From Hyphomicrobiales bacterium (GTDB taxonomy: Bacteria > Pseudomonadota > Alphaproteobacteria > Rhizobiales > Beijerinckiaceae): a DNA stretch of 30,697 nt. The DNA lies in assembly GCA_031401875.1 (NCBI GenBank), contig JANNRX010000208.1, positions 1 through 30,697 on the forward strand, written 5' to 3'. Of the stretch, positions 25,232 to 30,697 are shown piece by piece (within the stretch, counting starts at the first letter, position 1; each line of letters begins with the position of its first letter). The position numbers were made by a program, and so were the translations under genes. The notes under the pieces are model-generated. The model searched no databases and was not told the DNA's origin. It saw only the letters and a list, made by a program, of their open reading frames with translations.

Positions 25232-26008
25232 GATACTGGAAATCTGGCCGCCATCCACGCGCAAGACCGAGCCTGTGGTGAACGATGCCTCGGTGCTGGC
25301 CAGAAACAGGGCGGCTGCGGCAAATTCTTCCGGCGTGCCATAGCGACCAGCAGGAATACGGCCCATGGCTTCCGCACGAATCTGGTCCTGCGTTTTGCCG
25401 GTTCGACCTGCCGCTCCCTTGTCGATCTGATCGACCCTGTCGGTCTGGATACGGCCCGGCGCGATGGCATTCACGGTCACGCCATATTTTGCCACTTCAT
25501 TGGAGACGCTCTTGCCCCAACCGATCATGGCTGGCCTGATGGTGTTGGACATGCCCAGATTGGGAATCGGCTGGATAACGCCCGATGACACAACAGAAAT
25601 GATGCGGCCGAATTGCCGCTCCATCATGCCGGGCAACGCGTGATCCGCCATGCGCACCAAGCCGACAAACATCGTATTCCATTGCTGCTGCCAGGATTCG
25701 GACGAAACACCCATGGCAGAACCAGGTGGCGGGCCACCGCTGTTGAGCACGAGAATATCAATGCCACCGCCCATGGCCAGCTCTGCACCCGCAAAAACAC
25801 CGTCAATTGCGTCAAAATCACCTGTATCGAGAGAAAAGCCGACAGCATTCACGCCAAGGCTTGCCGCTGCATCACCGGCATCTTCCGGCTTGCGACCTGT
25901 CACCGCGACTTGTGCACCTGCGCCGATAAAGGCTTTGGCAATGCCGTATCCAATGCCGCGGGTCGCGCCCATTACCAGCGCCCTGCGGCCTGTCAAATCG
26001 AATGTCAT
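25229..26008 (-). CDS. Atypical short-chain dehydrogenase/reductase (BKR-like)
   Basis: MGATRGIG, DILVLNSGGPPPG, GVTVNAIAPGRIQT and GSVLRVDGG; SNTIR in place of YxxxK. Start at ATG 26008. Confidence 0.9.
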   Translation of the reverse strand: MTFDLTGRRALVMGATRGIGYGIAKAFIGAGAQVAVTGRKPEDAGDAAASLGVNAVGFSLDTGDFDAIDGVFAGAELAMGGGIDILVLNSGGPPPGSAMGVSSESWQQQWNTMFVGLVRMADHALPGMMERQFGRIISVVSSGVIQPIPNLGMSNTIRPAMIGWGKSVSNEVAKYGVTVNAIAPGRIQTDRVDQIDKGAAGRTGKTQDQIRAEAMGRIPAGRYGTPEEFAAAALFLASTEASFTTGSVLRVDGGQISSI

Positions 26009-26120
26009 TGCCGTTCTGATCCTCTTCCCACGTTGGGCCAATCGCCTGCATCAAGCACGGATCTTGCCCTATCCGCAACCAGTCGCCATATCTTGTTGCA
26101 CAGAAACAGAGGACATTCCG

Positions 26121-26525
26121 ATGACCAGCGACAGACCCGGAACGCGCTTCAGCAAAGCAGAGATGACGGCCATGCGCCGCGCCGCGCGGGATGAATCGGG
26201 TATTCTCGGCGAATTCTGGGCCCGCATGAAAGCCATCGGGCGCAAAGTTCCTTTCGCCAGGGATATGCTGGCGGCTGTCTATTGCGCCATCGATCCCGTT
26301 ACGCCGACACGGGTCAAAATGCTGATTCTGGGAGCGATCGCCTATTTTGTCATGCCAATCGACGGGATTCCTGATCTCCTGCCTCTGATTGGTCTCACCG
26401 ATGACGCTGCGGTGATCGGTGCCACCATTGCGGCTATCCGTGGGCATATGCGCGATGAGCATTGGCAAAAGGCGCAGGAGTTCCTGAATCCCGACAATGT
26501 CTACACCAAGGATCGCGAGACCTGA
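26121..26525 (+). CDS. YkvA / DUF1232-family small membrane protein
   Basis: This is the 3' part of ORF 25650..26525. GAGGA RBS before ATG 26121; AIAYFVMPIDGIPDLLPLIGLTDD motif. Confidence 0.9.
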   Translation: MTSDRPGTRFSKAEMTAMRRAARDESGILGEFWARMKAIGRKVPFARDMLAAVYCAIDPVTPTRVKMLILGAIAYFVMPIDGIPDLLPLIGLTDDAAVIGATIAAIRGHMRDEHWQKAQEFLNPDNVYTKDRET

Positions 26526-26546
26526 AGCGGGCGGCTTGCACGGCGA

Positions 26547-27116
26547 TTATGTCGCCTCGACCACGCCCTTTGCCTCCAGCGCACGGCGCAACCGTGTGAA
26601 ACCCAGGCGAATGCGGGATTTAACCGTCCCAAGCGGCAGCCCCGTCCGCTCCGCAATCGCGCTGTGAGAGAGGCTTTCGTAGAACGCGAGCCTGACGAGG
26701 CTGAGCTGTTCCTCCGGCAATTCCTTGATGGCGGCCCGCAGAATATCCTCCCGGCGCTGGGTGTCGACAGCACTGCCCATTTCGAGGGTGTCCGCCATCG
26801 TATCAAAGGCCGAATCCATCGGATCCCTGTAATCGAGCCTGTCACGCCTCAGGGCATCGATGCGGCGGTTGCGCGCAATGCGGTAAAGCCAGGTGCCAAC
26901 CGAAGATTTGTCTGGATCAAACAGGTGAGCCTTGCGCCAGAGCGTTGTCATCACATCCTGGGACACTTCCTCAGCCATGCTTCTGTCGGAGCCAAGGCGG
27001 ATCAGATAGGCTTCAAGGCGTGGCACAAAATAGTCGAAAAGCTGTGTGAAAGCATCGCGGTCACGCCTTTGCGCTACCGCCACCATCAATGCCGCCCATT
27101 CGGCATGCTTGACCAA
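26547..27116 (-). CDS. rpoE: ECF sigma factor, RpoE/ECF11-like
   Basis: AEEVSQDVMTTLWRKAHLFDP, TWLYRIARNRRIDALR, LPEEQ...AFY..LSH..IA..TGLPLGTVKSRIRL; closely resembles Rhodobacter sigmaE. TTG start with AAGGA upstream. Confidence 0.88.
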   Translation of the reverse strand: MVKHAEWAALMVAVAQRRDRDAFTQLFDYFVPRLEAYLIRLGSDRSMAEEVSQDVMTTLWRKAHLFDPDKSSVGTWLYRIARNRRIDALRRDRLDYRDPMDSAFDTMADTLEMGSAVDTQRREDILRAAIKELPEEQLSLVRLAFYESLSHSAIAERTGLPLGTVKSRIRLGFTRLRRALEAKGVVEAT

Positions 27117-27320
27117 TTCACAGGATTCCTTATGCGGTTGAACCGTCTGGGTGGAAAAACACCTTACCCCAGCAGCAATTGCGTCTGTTTGTTCTGGTAA
27201 AATTCACTCATGATATCTTATCTGCAGAGAGCTCATCTGGATATGGCGTTTTACATCCGCAAAAATAAAAATCATCATGTCTGAAATTTGCCCTGATCGT
27301 GAAACTTTGTAAGGAAGCTT

Positions 27321-27893
27321 ATGCAGCTTGACCGTGTTGTGAGTTTAATAATGATTCGACGTTTGATCACTGTGTGTATTCTGGTCGGTCCGCTTGTGGC
27401 CGCGATGACCAATGGCGCGATGGCCCAGCAGCGCAAAGCAACACGCGCTGCCGGAAATGCCCTCGAGATTGGCAAGGCCGGCGCATGGGGCATCTTTACC
27501 AGCGGGGAAGGCAGGGCAAAAACCTGCTTTATCATGTCGCAGCCTGCGGAACGCCTGCCCAAAGGGCTGAACCGTGATCCTGCGAACATGTTCATCTCGA
27601 TGCGGCAGGGTGAAGCCGCCAAGCAGGAATTCTCAATGCTGACGGGCTATCCTGTCAAACCATTGACGGAGGCGCAGATCAATGTCGGTGCAGTTTCCTT
27701 TGTTGCCGTCAGCCAGAATACCAATATCTGGCTGAAAAACCCGGCTGAGGAAGGACGTCTCGTCGGCGAATTGCGAAAAGCGCCTTTCCTGACTGTCAAA
27801 GGCACATCGCTGAAGGGCAACGAGACGACCGACCGTTACCCGCTGACGGGCTTCGGACAGGCGCTTGAGCGTGCGCAGAAGGAATGCACGTAA
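27321..27893 (+). CDS. Invasion-associated locus B (IalB)-family periplasmic protein
   Basis: Signal peptide; WGIFT...KTCF...P, GTSLKGNETTDRYPLTGF..AL....KEC with paired cysteines. Start may be 27351. Confidence 0.8.
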   Translation: MQLDRVVSLIMIRRLITVCILVGPLVAAMTNGAMAQQRKATRAAGNALEIGKAGAWGIFTSGEGRAKTCFIMSQPAERLPKGLNRDPANMFISMRQGEAAKQEFSMLTGYPVKPLTEAQINVGAVSFVAVSQNTNIWLKNPAEEGRLVGELRKAPFLTVKGTSLKGNETTDRYPLTGFGQALERAQKECT

Positions 27894-27934
27894 AGCGGAT
27901 GCACTGACGCTGTTTCCATGCTAATTGCGCCGTC

Positions 27935-29200
27935 ATGTCTGAAATAAACATCCCTGAACGGCCTTCCATCGCTTCCGAGACAGCGCAGGTTTTGCTTGAG
28001 AAAACTGCTTTTGCGAAGCCTTCCCTGGCGGGACTGACGCGCGCTGCTCTCGCCGAGAAACTGGGCGAGATCGATGTGCCGCTCAAGGACCAGCGCATGC
28101 GCGTGTCGCAGCTCTGGCACTGGATCTACGTGCGCGGCTCCGTGCATTTCGACGAGATGACCAATGTCTCGAAAGCATTGCGCGCCAGGCTCGCGGAAAC
28201 CTACACGCTTGAGCGTCCTTCCGTCGTGACGGAGCAGGTGAGCCAGGATGGCACCCGCAAATGGCTGATCCGGCTGGCATCGACAGGCAAATTTGATCGC
28301 GGTTCCGAGGTGGAATGCGTTTATATCCCCGAGGCCGGTCGTGGAACGCTCTGTGTTTCCAGTCAGGTCGGATGCACACTGAACTGCTCGTTCTGTCATA
28401 CAGGCACGCAGAAACTGGTGCGTAATCTCACGGCGGCTGAAATTGTGGCCCAGGTGATGATCGCCCGCGACAGACTCGGTGACTATCCCGGACAGGCCTC
28501 GCCAGAAGGGGCTTTCGTGCCCAAGGAAGGCAGCCGCTTTGTCTCGAATGTCGTGTTCATGGGCATGGGTGAGCCGCTTTACAATTTCGACAATGTCCGT
28601 GATGCCATTCATGTCCTGACAGATCAGGAAGGCCTGCAACTCTCGCGTCGGCGCATCACTGTTTCCACGTCGGGCGTCGTGCCAGAAATTGGCCCGCTCG
28701 GGGAGCAAGCCAATACAATGCTCGCGATCTCGCTGCATGCGGTCAATGATCCGCTCAGGGATGTTCTGGTGCCACTGAACAAGAAATATCCAATCGCGGA
28801 GCTGCTGGAAGCGTGCCGTACGTATCCGGGCGTTTCCAATGCCAAGCGCATCACGTTTGAATATGTCATGCTCAAGGGCATCAATGACAGCCTTGCCGAA
28901 GCCAAACAGCTGGTGCGCCTGCTCAAAGGTATTCCGGCAAAAATAAATCTGATTCCCTTCAATCCGTGGCCTGGTTCACACTATGAATGCTCGGACTGGG
29001 ACAGGATCGAGACTTTCTCGGATTATGTCTTCAATGCGGGATATTCTTCCCCCGTGCGGACACCCCGTGGCCGCGATATCCTTGCGGCTTGCGGGCAATT
29101 GAAAAGCGAGACAGAAAAGCTGCGAGCCCGCGCCCGGATGATGCTGGAATCCGGCATTGGAGCGGAAGGCATTTACGCCGCAGCAAGCGCAGAGGACTAA
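27935..29200 (+). CDS. rlmN: Dual-specificity 23S rRNA A2503 / tRNA A37 C2-methyltransferase
   Basis: CVSSQVGC, radical-SAM [19 protein letters not shown] and [11 protein letters not shown]. Confidence 0.97.
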   Translation: MSEINIPERPSIASETAQVLLEKTAFAKPSLAGLTRAALAEKLGEIDVPLKDQRMRVSQLWHWIYVRGSVHFDEMTNVSKALRARLAETYTLERPSVVTEQVSQDGTRKWLIRLASTGKFDRGSEVECVYIPEAGRGTLCVSSQVGCTLNCSFCHTGTQKLVRNLTAAEIVAQVMIARDRLGDYPGQASPEGAFVPKEGSRFVSNVVFMGMGEPLYNFDNVRDAIHVLTDQEGLQLSRRRITVSTSGVVPEIGPLGEQANTMLAISLHAVNDPLRDVLVPLNKKYPIAELLEACRTYPGVSNAKRITFEYVMLKGINDSLAEAKQLVRLLKGIPAKINLIPFNPWPGSHYECSDWDRIETFSDYVFNAGYSSPVRTPRGRDILAACGQLKSETEKLRARARMMLESGIGAEGIYAAASAED

Positions 29201-29206
29201 GGAACA

Positions 29207-29731
29207 ATGCGATTTCTGGTGCGGTTGTTCATCCTGATCCCGCTTGGTATTTTGCTTGCCGCTTTCTCAGCCGGTGCCTTTCTGGTGATTGCAGGGGTGG
29301 TGCAACCGCATATTGGCGGAGCGATCACGGACGGGGCGATTACTACCATCCGGACCCTTTTTGACAGCCTGCTTCAGGAAGGCGAAGCAATCGACCGGTT
29401 CGGACGGCTGGCGCAAGGACTGACGACACTCATGCTGGCAGTGGTATTTCTGCCTGTCGCCCTCATCGCGGCAGTATCGGAAGTCTTCAATCTTCGCTGG
29501 TGGTTGCCGCAAGCCGCGGGTGCCGCGATGCTCACTGCACTCCTGCCCTGGGCCGTTCTGCCAGAAATGATGAGCGGAACGCCCCTCGCCTCCGCGCTGA
29601 CCGGGCTGCTGGCTGCCACAGGTGCCTTGTCCGGTTCCATCTACTGGATGGTCGCTGGGCGTTCCGCCGGTGCTGATCCATTGACAGTCGAAGACCGGGC
29701 AACGGTGCATGCACCACGCCGCAAGCTATAA
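29207..29731 (+). CDS. Hypothetical integral membrane protein
   Basis: 174 aa with about four hydrophobic segments and a C-terminal GSIYWMVAGRSAG; AAGGA RBS, 6 nt after rlmN. Confidence 0.75.
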   Translation: MRFLVRLFILIPLGILLAAFSAGAFLVIAGVVQPHIGGAITDGAITTIRTLFDSLLQEGEAIDRFGRLAQGLTTLMLAVVFLPVALIAAVSEVFNLRWWLPQAAGAAMLTALLPWAVLPEMMSGTPLASALTGLLAATGALSGSIYWMVAGRSAGADPLTVEDRATVHAPRRKL

Positions 29732-29741
29732 AAACGTAAAA

Positions 29742-30697
29742 CTATCCGCCTGTTTCAGAGTTTTTTGCTGCAATCCGCTCCGACAAGGTATCGATCTCGC
29801 TGACCACTCGCTCTGTATCGGCGTGATGGGGAACATGACCGACGCCGGGCAGGATGACGATCCTGACATCCGGCAATTGTCGCGCCAGGGCCTGACTGTG
29901 AATGGACGTGCTGACGGTCGTGTCCTGCTCGCCCGCGATAAGGACCGTCGGTGCCGTGATTTCCGCGTACCGTGCGTTTTGCGCACTGACATGGGCATGC
30001 AACGCTGCCACATCCTCGGCATTGGCCCTGAAACTTGCCGGGCGCAGCATGAGACGCAAAGCCGTTGCCTTGACATATCCCTCAGGAGCAACCTGGGGAT
30101 GGAAAACACCGCGAAGACCGGCCTCCATCGAAAAGGCAGCGCCCGGAACCGCCATGATGCTGGAGAAGAGCCAGCCAAAAACCGGCGTACTCGCGGGATG
30201 GTAATACCAGGCGATACCGCCAGGCCATGGGTGGCTGACAGCACCCAGCAAAACGAGGCCCGCCACATGCCGGGGGTGATCCATGGCCAATGAGGTTGCC
30301 ACCGCTCCGGCAAAAGAATGTGCCACAATGATCGCGCGTGGTGCACCTGCGGCCGTCATTGCTTCGCTGATCAAGGCCGCCTGCCGTGCGGGAGATGCAT
30401 CGGCCCTGCCGCCAGGACGATCACTATGGCCATGTCCGGGGCGGTCAATTGCAAGGATACGATAACGCTGCCGCAAAAACGGCTCAAGGGGCAATGTCAG
30501 TGCCAGATGATTGCTGGATGCTCCGTGAATGAGCACAAGGGTGCGCTCCGGCGGAGCATCGCGCGGCCCTATGTCGCGCATATGCAAGCGCCCACCGGAT
30601 ACGGGCACGAAAACACCAGCAGGCGGATGCTCGGAACGAATTCTGGCCACGACAAATTGCGTCCATGCGGCACTCAGCAAGAGAAGGGCGACCACGC
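29742..30697 (-). CDS. Alpha/beta-fold hydrolase with N-terminal membrane anchor; 5' end at or beyond the window edge
   Basis: LIHGASS oxyanion motif, DRPGHGHS, nucleophile AHSFAG, Asp in GEQDTTV and His in GVGHVPH. Confidence 0.9.
   Translation of the reverse strand, partial: VVALLLLSAAWTQFVVARIRSEHPPAGVFVPVSGGRLHMRDIGPRDAPPERTLVLIHGASSNHLALTLPLEPFLRQRYRILAIDRPGHGHSDRPGGRADASPARQAALISEAMTAAGAPRAIIVAHSFAGAVATSLAMDHPRHVAGLVLLGAVSHPWPGGIAWYYHPASTPVFGWLFSSIMAVPGAAFSMEAGLRGVFHPQVAPEGYVKATALRLMLRPASFRANAEDVAALHAHVSAQNARYAEITAPTVLIAGEQDTTVSTSIHSQALARQLPDVRIVILPGVGHVPHHADTERVVSEIDTLSERIAAKNSETGG

Noticed and set aside
25650-26120. N-terminal extension of ykvA in the ORF track
   Set aside because: It overlaps the SDR antisense. 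The GAGGA RBS supports the start at 26121.
27836-28738. 300-aa minus-strand ORF
   Set aside because: Antisense shadow of rlmN.
1-30697. CRISPR array, tRNA, rRNA or prophage genes
   Set aside because: No regularly spaced 25-40 bp repeats, cloverleaf or rRNA signatures, or phage hallmark proteins were seen by eye.

Overview
GC-rich alphaproteobacterial chromosomal DNA. Hyphomicrobiales/Rhizobiales is inferred from protein styles, a RIME/CIR-like repeat and GANTC clusters. About 33 real genes are present, mostly metabolic or housekeeping. From left to right: (1) a minus-strand TolC + adaptor (MFP) + truncated GAF-like/adaptor cassette behind an AT-rich promoter; (2) a cobalamin uptake and late-pathway cluster (btuC, btuD, cobD, btuF, cbiB, cobQ, cobO, cobU, DUF1636, bluB) with a clear B12 riboswitch, whose genes are interlocked on opposite strands with overlapping ends; (3) uxaC and a tandem pair of MetY-family PLP enzymes, one lacking the catalytic Tyr; (4) an AT-rich solitary HExxH protein; (5) a long msrQ next to msrB; (6) a TPP riboswitch ahead of thiX/thiY-like genes without an ATPase; (7) GNAT, a small membrane protein, leuB, mrp/apbC, coxG, a 116-bp double-hairpin repeat, an atypical SDR, ykvA, an RpoE(ECF11)-like sigma factor with no adjacent chrR, ialB, rlmN, a membrane protein and a truncated alpha/beta hydrolase. 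No tRNA, rRNA, CRISPR, integrase or transposase was seen. The best leads are the apparently ATPase-less TolC/multi-adaptor cassette, the Tyr-to-Phe MetY paralog, the possible pair of interleaved non-contiguous B12 operons, the orphan RpoE and the foreign HExxH gene. None is a proven new system. All family calls are by motif recognition, not database search.
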